A stretch of 64,000 nucleotides of DNA from the human T2T-CHM13v2.0 reference genome, Homo sapiens. The notes under the pieces are model-generated. The model saw only the letters and a list, made by a program, of their open reading frames with translations, had not been told where the DNA came from and did no database searches. The translations under genes and the position numbers were made by a program. Positions 27,219 to 44,683 of this stretch are shown here, piece after piece (position 1 is the stretch's first letter; each line of letters opens with the position of its first letter). Where the stretch lies: the NCBI RefSeq assembly GCF_009914755.1, contig NC_060929.1; one strand, 5' to 3'.

Positions 27219-27707
27219 TATATTAATTTCCTACTGCTGCTGTAACAAATTACTGTAGATTTCATAGCTTAAAACAACACAAATATATTTTCTCATAGTT
27301 CTGGACGTCAGAAGTCTGAAATGGGCTTTAATGGGCTTAAATCAAGATGCTGGCAGGCTGCATTTATTCTAGAGGCTCCAGGGAAGAACCTGTTTCCTTC
27401 TATTCTCAACTTCTAGAGTTTGCCCGTATTTCCTGGCTCATGGCCCCCTTCCATATTAAAGCCAACAGTGGCCAGTCAGGTATTTCTCACAGTGCATCAC
27501 TCTGACACTAATTCTCCTCTCTTTTCCACATTTAAAGGACACTTGTGATTCCATTGAGCCTATCTGGACAATCCAGGGTAATCTCTCCACTTCAAGATCC
27601 TTAACTTACATCCACAAAGTCCCTTTTGCCATGTAAGGTAACATATTCACAGGTTCCAGAAATTAGAATGTGAGTAACTTTGGGAGGTCACTGTTCTGCC
27701 CACCACA
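27219..27707 (-). mobile_element. MLT1 (C/D-like) solo LTR
   Basis: GCTGCTGTAACAAATTAC...CTTAAAACAACAC...GCCATGTAAGGTAACATATTCACAGGTTCC...TTCTGCCCACCACA. Confidence 0.88.
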
Positions 27708-29476
27708 AAGTGTTTCCAAATGTCATAGTGGTCACAGTTAGTGTTTGATCTTGGACAACCTAGTCTCAGTCTCAGAAAACCTTGTTTTCTCCCTGAAGTT
27801 TGCAACTGAAAGACTGGGTTGTTCTGTCTGTGGGAATAACAGAGATGGTGGAGTTGAGATGAAAGATGGGAGTAAATATAAAAAGAAATATGGAATGATG
27901 AAAAGAGGGAAAATATGGAAGATGGAAATCAATCAAGAAATATTTATCAAATATGCTTTATGCTGAGTTCTGTAGGCAGCAAAAAATAGAGGAAAGCATG
28001 AGCCTTACTCTATGAAGCTTCAAGTCTTGGAGACAAAGCACATACACAAATAGCTAAAGTTTGTACACTTAGCCTCATTTGCTTGAAGGACTAGACTTTC
28101 TTGTGCTCTCAAGGCAAAGCACTTTGCTCATGGGCTGCAGCATGTTTTGGAATCCCTTCTGTGCTTTGCCCTGAACACTCAGGCGTGTCCCAGAGACAAT
28201 CAGCAAGTCAGTTTGGCTGGAGCTGAGGGAGCATATCTTCCTTAAAACAAGATAAGGAGGGGCCCCAAATGTCTGTTAATAAGGAGCAGTTGGCACACGA
28301 ATGACCTCACCAGGAATCTCTTGTTCCTCCTGCTGTACTGCCCTCTCCAGGTTTGTTGAGTTGGAGTGCTCAAGAGCTGGTCAGTACTGATGCTTGCAGC
28401 TAAGCTTCCCTTTTGAGGTTTCATTGCTACCACTTTACAATATCCAGGTTTTGTAAGTGGTCACAAGCAACAGTATTGTATCAGCTTGGAGGAAAGCTCC
28501 ATTCTAAGCAGAGACCTTTGCCACATGTGTAACTTCCATGTCCATTCCTTGAGCATGGTTCCACTTGGAAACGCCTTAGTTCTAGCCCAGTTGTGTTATC
28601 TTGGAGAAACAGTTTCATTGCTCTAGTCTCATTGATTTTGTCCTTGTTCCTCTTTGATGTCAAAGTTAGGCTGGATTATTCCAGTTTGTTGTTAATGCTT
28701 CAACCAAGGCCATTAAGCAGGCCTTTTAGAGCAAGATGTGTACAAACTTCAAACCAACAGGGAAATTGTCCTAAGATGCAAATGAAATGGTCCATGGTAA
28801 TAAGACATTGGATGTGGGTAGGAGGGTTCTTCCTCCCCTGCTGCCTCTCTATACTCCTAAGCACCCCTCTGTCTCCTTGGTATAGATGAATTAAGATGAA
28901 AAATTTACCTTTCAAATCTTGGTCCAGCTCAAATGTTAATGCACAATTATTTCTTATGTTTTCCTCCCAGAATTACAAAAACACAAGCTGTAATATAAGG
29001 AAACAATTAAAAGGGGAAAAAAAAGATAAATTCCAAAAGCAGTTCTCTGAAAAGTTGTACAAAATAGAAAAAGAAAAAACAGTTGTAAGCCTGATTAAAG
29101 GAAAAAAAGAGCAAAAAGGTTAGGAATGAGAATGGAGGCACAATATAGATATCAAAAAAACTTAAAGCAATTATGAGAAAATGACCCTATAGTGACAAAG
29201 TTGAAAACCTAAAGCAAATATATGGTCTGGTTTTGCTCAGAGTAGGGATAAGTAAGCTCTTACCAGACCAACCTCAAACTATAAACAAAATAAAAATATA
29301 ACTATTTGAAAGAACTGGAAAGGTAGATTCTGGGGGCAGATTCTGGGTTGTCATTTAGAAGAAAGAAACCGTGTGGGGAGACTTCTCTCCCCTTTTTCTG
29401 AACACAGATTGCTTTCAAAAAGCAATCCAAAAGCAACAGCATACAGGGTTTTAAAAACAGAAAGAAACCCTCGATC

Positions 29477-29818
29477 TTTTTTTTTTAATAGCATGATTTA
29501 CTGGATATTTATTTATTTATTTATTATACTTTAAGTTCTGGGATACATGTGCAGAACATTCAGGCTTGTTACACAGGTATACATGTGCCATGGTGGTTTG
29601 CTGCACCCATCAAGCCGTCATCTAGGTTTTAAGCCCCACATGCCTTAGGTACTTGTCTTAATGCTCTCCTTCCCCTTGCCATCCACCCCCCGATAGGCCC
29701 CAGTGTGTAATGTTCCCCTCCCTGTGTCCATGTGTTCTCACTGTTCCACTTCCACTTATGAGTGAGAACATGCAGTGTTTGGTTTTCTGTTCCTGTGTTA
29801 GCTTGCTGAGAATAATGG
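29477..29818 (-). mobile_element. L1PA8-like 3' fragment with two-part tail
   Basis: TATACTTTAAGTTCTGGGATACATGTGCAGAAC...TCATCTAGGTTTTAAGCCC. TSD AGAAACCCTC[G/A]ATCTT at 29463-29478 and 29819-29834. Confidence 0.92.
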
Positions 29819-31370
29819 AGAAACCCTCAATCTTATTGGCTTATAGAGCCAGAAGACAGGGCAACCAGAGCCATGAGAAATTAAGGATGTCCTTGGAGAG
29901 AGCCAGAAAGGGAGAGCTACAAATTCTGTGTATAAACTCTGCTCAGATTTCTGGCTAACATCTGATTTATGAATGCACAGAACAGACTCTAAAAGTCCCT
30001 TCTAAAGCCAAAGGAACGGAGCTGAGATTTGAGGTGCCAGCCAAGTGATAGAGTTTACAGCTGGAATCCAACCAAGTTAATTGCCTGCTAAAACAAAAAA
30101 GTTTACAGCTTTGGGGAAAATACAACAGAATGTAGAGTATCTAGAACTTGACACTACAATGTTCAAGATACAAGCAAAATTACCTGACTTATAAAGAAAC
30201 AAGCATGTGACCCATTCTTAAGAGAAAGAGGGATTTTAAGACAGCTCAGATGTTGGACTTAGCCAACAAAGGTTTAAAGCCGTGACTATAAATATGTTAT
30301 GTGATATTAAGAAAAGCATATTCAAAATTAGTGAAAAGATAGGATATCTCAGCAGATAAATAGAAACCATAAAAGGGAATCAAAGCAACAGTATCTGAAA
30401 TAAAACACTTATTGAAGGAAATTCAGAGCCATATGGAGACGACAGAGGAAAGAACCCATGAATTGAAAGATAGATCAATAGAAACTATCCAATCTGAAGT
30501 AAAAAGAGAAAAAATAGAGAAGAAAATGAAGAGGCTTGAGAACCTAAAGAACAATACCGAAAGATTTAACACATGTGTAACCAGAGTCTCACAGAGTGGA
30601 GAGATAATGGCTGAAAAAAATATTTGAAGAAAAACTGCCTGGAGAGTTCCTAACTTTGACAAAAGTAGAAAGTGTCCAGATTTACCCAGCTAAGCTCAAG
30701 TGGCATAAGCACAAAGAAAACTAAGCCTAGGCACATCAGCCTTCTGGAAGTTAAAGATAAAGGGAAAATCTTGAAAACGACTAGAGGAAAGTGGCACGTT
30801 ATATACAAGAAAATAATGCTTTGAATGAATAATGAATGAATAAATTTTCTGCCCTCTTCTCAGAAACTTGAAGGCAAGAGCACAATGAGACAAAAATCTT
30901 TAAAGTACTGAAAGAAAAACAACCACTGCAACCAACACCAATCAAGCCAGATATCTATATCCAGTGAAATATTCTTTGAGAATGTAAGTGTAATAAAGAT
31001 AATTTCAGATCAAAGAAAACAAAGGTGATTTGTCATCAACAGATCTGCTCTACAGAAATGAAGGAAAGGAGCTCATTAGACAGGAGGGAAATGATACCAG
31101 AGGCAAACCTCGATCTTTAGGAATGAATGAAAAGCATCAGAAATGGTAAATATTTGGGTAAATATAAAAAGTTGTCTTCTCCTAATTTCTTTAAAAGACA
31201 TATGACTGTTTAAAGCAAAAATTACATCATTTTAACATTGTCTTGTGAGATGTATAACATAGATAGGCAAATAGATATGACAAATATATCATAAAGTACA
31301 GAGTGGGAGAAAATTGACCTATAGACAGTTGTAATGTACAATAGTAACTCTAAGGCGTTACTCTGCAGTA

Positions 31371-31686
31371 GCTCTGCAGACCCATGTCTATGCTGTAACC
31401 CTACATAGATCAGCTGATCTTGTATCCTGAATTAGGCTGAACTAAATTATTATTATGATTATTATTTGAGACAGAGTCTTGCTCTGTCGCCCAGGCTGGA
31501 GTGCAATGGCGTGATCTCAGCTCACTGCAACCTCCGCCTCTGGGTTCAAACAATTCTCCTGCCTCAGCCTCCTGAGTAGCTGGGATTACAGGCACGCACC
31601 ACCATGCCCAGATAATTTTTGTATTTTTAGTAGAGACAAGGTTTCACCATATTGGCCATGCTGGTCTCGAACTCCTGACCTCATGA
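31371..31686 (-). repeat. Dispersed copy of 34032-34352 (unique flank + partial Alu)
   Basis: 73/79 identity in the non-Alu flank, plus shared unusual Alu variants (GAGACAAGG, CATATTGGCCATGCTGG). Confidence 0.93.
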
Positions 31687-32436
31687 AATAGTAATAATAT
31701 GCATCTTAGTCCATGGAGAAACCATTTAAAACTATAATAATGCAAACAGGTACAGCTAAAAAGTCTGCAGAGAAATTGAGATAGAATTCTAGAAAAATAT
31801 AAAGTTTCCACAATAACCCAAAACAAGATGAAAACTTACATGTATAGAAAGTTTACCATGAGGATATTAGGAAAGCAATTAAAATTTTCAATTAAAATGT
31901 TACCATGACAAAACGGTTTCATAGTTGATTTCTAATGAACTTATTTTAAAATAAGAGATAATTGTAACAGTATTTACATTCTTTGTGACTTCAGAAAAAG
32001 AAGAAAATCTCCCTGTAAAGTCAGCACAGTTTCCACACAGTTGATTTCAGGGTTCAGCCATCAATCTTATGGGGCTGATTTTTAGCGGAGCTGATCTTTC
32101 TTGTGTAATCCTGTCCTTTTTGCTATTTTGAAGATTCACGTGCTCACTTCACCTCTCCCTAAAATTCCCACAACAATTAGCATTTGGAAATATGGGGATC
32201 ACTAGTCTGATATCTCAGTTTTGAAAAGTTATTTATCCCTAGAATAACTGATAACTTTGTTTGTTAGGTGGAAAGGGAGGGAAGGAGGGAGGACAGAAGG
32301 AGAGAATTAATAGACCCCAATCGCCTGATATGTGCCAGCCAATTCTCAAGTGTTCTTCAACACCCCTAGGAGATCATCAATATTACTCCCCCTTTTATAG
32401 ACTCTGAGAATCAGAAATGCTTTAAAAAATACAGGG

Positions 32437-32765
<329 letters not shown>

Positions 32766-33289
32766 TTAATAATGGCAGGTGTGAGATTTGGAGGTTGAGC
32801 TCTCTGATTTCAGGGCATGTTGTTTTCTGTTTCTTCCAACTGCCTGATGGATTTTTTTGAAATACTTAATGGGAAATTTTCTCTCTTTGTATTCAGTTTC
32901 TTCTAGAAACTCGAAAAGGCGCGTCTTTTTTTCAGTCCTGGTGTAGCATCTTCCCTTCTTCCAAGAGATCTGCCCTTTCCTGTTAGCATCATCATGAGAG
33001 TAACAAGCAGCTGAATTTTCTAAGAAGGGAGACTTGCTCTTCTGTAATGACCTAGAGCTTACTTCCCTCTCTGTGCCTTCCAGTCCCTTGTCTTTAATCT
33101 CATCTCTGGCTCTCACTAAGGTGGAATTTAGAGTCACTAACACCTTTGTTTTCATTCAACAACACCAACGATGAATTCGTAAGTTAACTATTTTTTTGTG
33201 CCAAGTGACAGTGGGAAGCTTGGGAATGCCATGCTGTATTTCTTGGCCTCCTGGTGCTTCCATTCTAGTAGAATCAAATACTGTAACAC

Positions 33290-33490
33290 AGGGGTTCTCA
33301 GCCCTGGCTACATGGTAGAAACACTTGGCAAAGTTTTTGTTTTTGTTTTTTGTTAATGCCTGGGCTCCTCCCAGAGGTTCTAATTTTTTGGGTCTGGGGT
33401 GAGGGCTGGGTATCAGCATTCTTTAACCTTCCCCTACCTCCCAACCCGCAAGACAATTCCAATGGGCAGCTTGGATTAGTAGCTACTGAC
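33290..33490 (+). mobile_element. MER5-type MITE
   Basis: CAGGGGTTCTCAGCCCTGGCTACAT...GGTCTGGGGTGAGGGCTGGGTATCAGCATT. Confidence 0.65.
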
Positions 33491-34096
33491 GTAATGTGCT
33501 TCCCATCAAAGGAATTAATAAAAGGATGTTTGGGACAGTTGCCAAAGGAATATATCCTGAATGTGGAATTTCAGATATTATGGCTTTTAGATAAAGGAGA
33601 TACTCTGGAGCTGAACGTCCTTCCCACCATCCCTCAAGTTCACGCCATGTAGCAGGTGAAAGCTCTGTCGATTGCTAAAGTCAACTTGGCCCCAAAGCTT
33701 TCTGGATCAAAATTCCCCATGTATCCTGCCTGTAGATTATATGGTATCATTAGTTACCATTCACTAAGTGCTACCTGAACGTTACCCTACTGAATTCTCA
33801 CAGTGATCTTGTGAGGCAAGCTTTCTGAGTTTCGTTTTACAAATGAAGTCTCAGGGACGGTCAGCAGCAGCTGGAGGTCACATAGCTAGAAAGTGAGACG
33901 GCCAGTGCCAGTCATCAGCTCTTACTCATGACACTGCATCCCAGAGGCCAAGCCTGTGGTGTTGAGCAGATTAGTTTGAGAAAGAGGCCAAGAGAAATCA
34001 TAATTCAGTCTCAGACCTGCTCAGCCCATAGGCTCTGCAGACCCATGTCTATGCTGTAACCCAACTTAGATCAGCTGGTCTTATATCCTGAATTAG

Positions 34097-34412
<316 letters not shown>

Positions 34413-34799
34413 AGCTGAGCTAAATTACATGTAATTCCCTTTGTTCCTTCTCAGCGTTGTCACTCTTAGAACACAGCACTATCTCTATTCTTAACTATCT
34501 TTTCAAAAACAAGAGTGAAAGAAAGACTTTGTTCTTCACATCTTCCTTTCCCCCTTTTGCCTCGTCTATCAAGTCAGCCATAGGTATTTAGGGCTAGGCA
34601 AAACTGGGAAGTGACTGATACATGTTTTCATCATCATTACCCTCTCCCTTCTGTATTTTCTTCCCCTTTGTGGAATCTAGACCTTTAGCCTTCTTAACCG
34701 AAACTTTCTCAGAAAGGATAGGATAAATTCATTACACTACAGTGTGAATGACTGATAGGATTTCATGTGCCACCTTTCCCAGGGACAGGCACATTTTAA

Positions 34800-35020
34800 C
34801 AGGGGACAAAGAGTTCAATTTGGGAGTCCGATACATGTGAATTTAAATCTCAGGCTGCCTTCTGGTTATGTAATGCTTGGCAAGTAACCTAACCTGTCTT
34901 AGCTTCAATTTCCTCATCTCTAAAAAGAGAATAGTACTTCAGAGGGTTGTGATGAGGATTAAAAAGATTTGAGACTGTGCCTAACACAGTGCCTGGCACA
35001 TAGTAAGTGCCTGTTAAATG
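34800..35020 (+). mobile_element. MIR
   Basis: CTTGGCAAGTAACCTAACCTG...TTTCCTCATCT...GAGGATTAAA...AACACAGTGCCTGGCACATAGTAAGTGC. Confidence 0.8.
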
Positions 35021-36270
35021 TTTACCCCCTTTTCCTCTCACCTCAATGGCAGAATTCATGCATCAGGCAGGGGTAAAAGTTCTTTGGGACATGTTGTTTC
35101 AGAAATTTCTCAACAGCACATGCCCTCCTACTTCCTCTACTCCATAGACCAGGCATTGTTGAGGAACACATTGAACTTTTCCCCAGTGAGTCACATTAAC
35201 ACACACATGCTCCAGGACCATGGTCGTGGGATATAGGCATTTCAGGTAGGAAGGCCATGGCTATATTTTACATCGAGGCTTCTTGTCTGCCCTTTCTTAT
35301 AAGTCTAAAGCCTCCCCTAAAACACAGGTATGAATTCACAGATTAGCATCTAATCTCCAGTGTACTAAATGTTTGCGTACTGCCAGCATTTTGGAAGAAA
35401 CAGCTACCTCTTGGTCTTTCTTTCTGCAGAAGTTGAAATGCAGTTCCTCTGAATGAAAAGCTAGAGGTTGTGTTCACTCAGAGTGTGGCTGAAATGCAAA
35501 TATATTTCAGACCTTGTGCCTTTATCCCAATGCAGTAAAAAGGTGACGACTGTTATTAAAGAACAATGCAAAGCCTTTAATTACCAAGCTTTCAAGGAAG
35601 CTTTATGTACTGCTTTGACTTTCATTATCTGTCTTTGTCATCCTTGTAAAATATCCCATTAGACTTTCCACTAAGGCAGAGAAACCAGACTGACAACGGA
35701 AACTAAGTTGTTTAATTGTTATTATGTTTCAAAGTTTGAAGTACAGAATTTTTTTTTTTTTGTAATTGTTTCAGGAAAAGAAGCTTGGATTTGAGGACTA
35801 GGTTGGGTGAGTTAAGTATTGAAATAAAGCCTGCTGCTGGATCCAAATTCTTATGATATTACAGATCCTGCCCAGTTACAGTAGGATTCTGGCTTCACCT
35901 TGACTGTGTGTACAGAGCAGGCTTGAAGCCCCAGTGGTCTTGGTTCAAAGCCTGACTAGGCCAATTACTGAATGGTAGACCTTGGCAAGTTCTGTAATCT
36001 CTCCATGTCCCAGTTGCCTCATCAGTAAAATCAGCAGAATGACAGTATCACAAAGTGTCTTTGTGAAGGTTAACAACATACTTATGTAACACACTATCAC
36101 ATCGACCAGAGAAGAGTCAACAAATGCTACTTCCCTTTCTCCTTTATATGCAATCAAAAGTAGTTAGTCCAGAACAATGACATCTGATGAAATCAAAGTG
36201 GGCATCAAGGGCAATGCTGGAAGAAAATCAAAGAGAAGTCATAGTGGGAAAGTGGGAAGATACTGTCCAA

Positions 36271-36272
36271 TG

Positions 36273-36307
<35 letters not shown>
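36271..36307. repeat. (TG)n microsatellite
   Basis: TG run with one CG interruption. Confidence 0.95.
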
Positions 36308-36659
36308 AAGCCCCAGTCTTTGAAACTCAAAGTGTTAACTATAAAAATTCCAATACATTTGGATATGTACCTTATAATGAGGGCTGCAAACATGAGTCTC
36401 AACACCAGCACAGGCAAGGGGTGCCATTTACTTGGTGTGGCGATGTTAGTTGCCACCAAATGTCATGTTCATAGCAGAGGATTTGATGAGTTAATTCAAT
36501 CCAAGTCCAGACACTAAATATCTTGCAGAACAAACAACAATGGGTCATGCATTTTTGAGACATGTTTTCTGCACCGCCCCTTTTTTTAAACTAAAGTAGT
36601 CTTTCCTGGCTCCTGAACACAAGCTGTCCTCATCTATTTCCTAAGATAATCCATTATAA

Positions 36660-37000
36660 ATTATGACAGGTTCCCCAGATCCTGGCGGCCGGCGCAGCCC
36701 AGTGTGCTGCCCAGGTCTCACTTTTCTGTCCTGGTCATCTCCGACAAGTTCCATGCGTGACTGGTCAGGAGACGGCTAATTCCAGTCCACGCATTTTTCA
36801 GATGAGCTTCATTTTATTTTTAATTTCCCCACAAATGCACGCCAGGCGCAGATTTCGTCAGTTACAGACATAGCTCTCTAATCTGTGCCGCCCTTCCGTA
36901 GCTCATACTACCAAATGAATTAAGGTCCAGTTACATATAAAAGTGATTATGATCAGCGAAATGTCTGCCCAGAGTGGCCTCCCAAAAAAAGGGAAAGATT
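36660..37000. promoter_or_regulatory. Candidate conserved non-coding element/enhancer
   Basis: Non-repetitive, about 12 CpGs in 220 bp, several TAAT/ATTA cores. Confidence 0.3.
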
Positions 37001-39994
37001 CGAGGCTCTGACACTCCCCTTTGGCCATCTTAGGGCCATGCACTGTACAATAAAAATGATCCCATCGACAACTTTCTAAAACATACACTGCCTTCAGATT
37101 TTACAGCTCCAGGTCCTCTGGCCCCCATGGAACAGATAAACAAATAGCTTTCCTCTGTTGGGGGAAATTATTTGTTTTCTGTCTTCATCCAACGAGATTT
37201 CTTTTAGAGAGATCTGATCTCATCCTTGTGAGAGCTTCCTATTTCACCTCTCCAGGCATCTGGCTTTCGCTTGGAGGCAGGCGACTTCTTCCAAATCCTG
37301 ACATTTGAGGGGCAGGACTGTACATCATCTTTGGGATTCTGGAAAGGCTCACGGGGCGATTCTCAGGATAGTGTCTGTGTGGACTGTATTTTCCCCTCAA
37401 ATCAGGAAAGCAGCTCATGGAGTAGGCACTGCATGGAGACTCATAAAGTTAAATCAGACCAGGGAGCAAAGAAATAAAGGCCATCTTCCTCTGTTCTCAG
37501 AGTTTCTAATGTAACTCAGGGGCGAGTAAATATTCCTAAGGACACATTTAATTATCGAAAGTTATCTTCTCCATAAGTTAATGGATACAAAGAAGACCAA
37601 GAGAACAAGGAGGAATTTAATGGAAAGAGTAATAGAGACAAAGAGGCAGGGGTTTACCACCAAAGAAGTATGTGATCCCGTATACTTCTCTGCCTCTTTC
37701 TGGTGCTGGTCCCCACAAATATAAAATCTAGAATATTCTGGACTTCTATGACAAATGGCAAAAGAGTTAGGGGAGATTCGGGAAGCTTTCCTCGTTTCCA
37801 CCAAGGTTTCTAGAACAATTATTACAAAGCATAACCAGTCTGGGCCCGAGGGGGACAGTGATGTAGTCCTCCCATGAGGCCTCTTACTGGGGATTTTTCC
37901 AACCTGCTGTGCAGAGCCCAAAGCTGATGAGGTCAAGTGTGCTCAGCCTTTTGATATGGTTCTCGTTGGGGTGGAACCAAGTCGACAAATGGTCCAAGAA
38001 TCTCTCCTAGATGTGACCTCTGAACAGAGCCCGAGGTGGGGTGGTGAAGGCGGAGAAATGCTGCCCCACACGGCAGAAGCCAGCCAACGCCTGCTGCCCC
38101 ACCACCCGCCAGGCCATGGCCCTGCTGCCCTCTGAGACAAGCCGACCTTGGTAGTCACCCAACTTGCGAATCTTTTGAGCTCTTCCTGTCGCCATGCCCC
38201 GCCCCATCCCATTCCACCCTCTCCTCTTTTTTCTCCTCCCTGGCAGCCACTCTGTTTTCAGATGTTTATCCAGAGTCAGGTCCTCAGTGGCTGTGGTGAG
38301 GCCTGGGGGAGGGGAGTGCCCTAAAAGCGGGGTTCCTCTGGGCTTCTAGGGCCCATCACATGGATGCCCACGTGTGTGTGTGTGTGCGTGTGCACATGTG
38401 TGCGGGTGTATTTCACTGGTTGACCGTGGTCTGTATCTCTGGCTTGCAATGTCATTAGTCCTAGATGAGCCCATGTTGGATGCCTTTTCTGGGAACACTG
38501 GTATCATCTGTGCTCTGAATGCTCCATCTCAGTGGTCTCAATTTGATCAGGATATCCGGATTTTGTAACATCATTTTCTAACTGTTCCTCCGACCCTGAT
38601 TCCATCCTTCAGAGCTCTGAGGACATGTAACTAGAAGCCACTCCAATTACGCTCCCCCTCTGTGGTGGACCCGTGTCACCTGCCGCCCTGGCATCATCAC
38701 CCAGGCATGCACTGTCACACTCCCAACCGGAATGTCAGCTTGCTGTTTGAGATTCACACTGACACTCGGTCCCCAGAGGGCTCCTCCTGGAGCCAGGGCG
38801 GCCTGTGCTTGGGAACACATAAAAGCACAGGAGTCCCCTCGCTTTTTGGCAGCACTTCAAGCACTAGCCCAATGAAGAGATCTTGACAGCATACTTGTAA
38901 ACTCCACAGGCCCCAAGGGCTCAAACACCACGATATTTATGCTCACGGGTGGGGAGCCAAAACAGTTGGGTTGTTATGCAGACATGGATCTCTTACCCAG
39001 ACCAGCATTTCTGACACCTGTTAATTGGCATTTGAAAGAACTGAGTCGAGGCGGGTGGGGGACTCCGGAGCTGCTGCCAACCTGTACCTGAACCGCGGGG
39101 AGTCCTGCAAGGTTTTGGCCCCTCCAGCTGGTCAGAGATTCCCTGGAGAGATGAGAAAGTGAGTCCCAGGGTTGGCAGAAAGGATCATCAGAGAAGGAAG
39201 AAAATAGGAAGGCGGGTGAGAAGAAAAGTAAGAGACCAAGAGGGAAAGAAAAAACTAGACAGGGTGGGTATTTTTAGATTTGCTAGTGCAGAGCTTTGTG
39301 CCTGCAGCACAGGTCCCTGCCTCTGCAGCACCAGTTCTGCTGGCCCAGGGTGGGATATGCCCTTCTTTTCCCCTTCCCCCCTGGGGCAAGAACTCTCACC
39401 TGCCTTTGAAGGTTAGAGACCACCTCCTCCAAAGAGCCTTCTCTGAAAACCCCAGACAGCCAATCTCCTCTTCCTTCAGGAGTTCTTATTGTAACGTACA
39501 GTTTAGCGCTTCAAACCTTTTTGTGTGTGTCTTGTGTGTCTCCCTGACAATTTCCTCCACACCGCCAACTTTTAACTCCTTGGGGTCATATTAGAGAATT
39601 TTTCTGGCCCGCTGTGCCCAGCAGAGTCCTAGTTTCAAAGTAGATTCTCAGTATCCACAGCTGATGGATTGATTTTCCCCCCTCTGGATGTCTTTTTCTC
39701 TTTTGGGTTCCAGACCTCCCTGCCTCAATTTCCACTCAATCTGTCCCCACATAGCTTCAAGCTGACTAGCTGGGCTCTGTGAGTCTCCTTCTCTGCACCT
39801 GTTTCAAGGTGTGGATGGCCCAGAGTTCGACCTTATGTGAGACTAAGTTTAAATGACATAGTAAAAAGTTTCTATATTTCATTATTAGTGCTCAGAAAAT
39901 ATTCATCAAGTGTCTATTTATGAATTGACTTGTGTTCCAAAAGTTAGCTTGTGTTTTAGTTTGAATCCAGAAGTCTGTAGAAACAACATTATAA

Positions 39995-40330
39995 ATGAAT
40001 TCCTTCATTCATTCCTTCAACAAATACATCTTGAGCACTACTACAAGCCCTGCACTATTCTATGTGCTGGGAAATCTGCAGGGAACAAAGCACATACAAA
40101 CCCTTGTCCTCAGGGAGCTTATATCCTGGTCAGGGGAGACAGACAACACACAAAGAAGCAAGTAAAATATATGACATGTCAGATGATCCTAAATGCTAAA
40201 CGCCATAGAAGGGAATAAAATAGGAAAGCGGAATAAGGTGTCGGACAGGGCTGGGATTGTACAAGAGAGAACTTGGTGTGTTCTAGAACAGCAAGAAGCC
40301 AGAGTAGTTCAAGCAGAGTGAGTACTGGGG
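39995..40330 (-). mobile_element. L2 3' fragment
   Basis: TTCATTCATTCCTTCAACAAATACATCTTGAGCAC...TGTGCTGGG...GGAGCTTATATCCTGGTCAGGGGAGACAGACAA. Confidence 0.75.
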
Positions 40331-40792
40331 TGAGGAAAGTACTGGGTGGTTTCCCTGGCCAGCACACTGATAGTCTACTTAGCGCATTAAGAAGTCTGAA
40401 CTGCAATTCTAATTCAACCATAAACATTTACTGCACGCCTATACGACGACAGGGATTAGTGCTAGGTGTTGGTACTAATTCTTTCAACTACCCTTAACCA
40501 TGTTTCTATGGGAATATCCCTTCTGTGTATCAGCTAGAGAGGCAATTTGGGACATTAGAACCGTTTCCTTTTTTTTTTTCTTTTATTATTATACTTTAAG
40601 TTTTAGGGTACATGTGCACATTGTGCAGGTTAGTTACATATGTATACACGTGCCACGCTGGTGTGCTGCACCCACTAACTCGTCATCTAGCATTAGTTAT
40701 ATCTCCCAATGCTATCCCTCCCCCCTCCCCCCACCCCACAACAGTCCCCAGAGTGTGATGTTCCCCTTCCTGTGTCCATGTGATCTCATTGT

Positions 40793-44635
<3,843 letters not shown>

Positions 44636-44683
44636 TTATTTTGCTCGTTAGTTGATGCAGTTTCTTCCTAGCCTCGATGGTCT

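Larger units (their letters stand above)
28960..32030 (+). mobile_element. Fragmented old L1M (ORF2 pieces, 5'/ORF1 region) with younger insertions
   Basis: Degenerate ORF1-like peptide ELKDRSIETIQSE...ENLKNN...EIMAEK at 30412-30627; ATCTATATCCAGTGAAATATTCTTT. Interrupted at 29477-29818 and 31371-31686. Confidence 0.7.

Noticed and set aside
40716-40737. G-quadruplex motif on the minus strand (similar at ~52740-52770)
   Set aside because: It is the standard L1 3'UTR G-rich tract.
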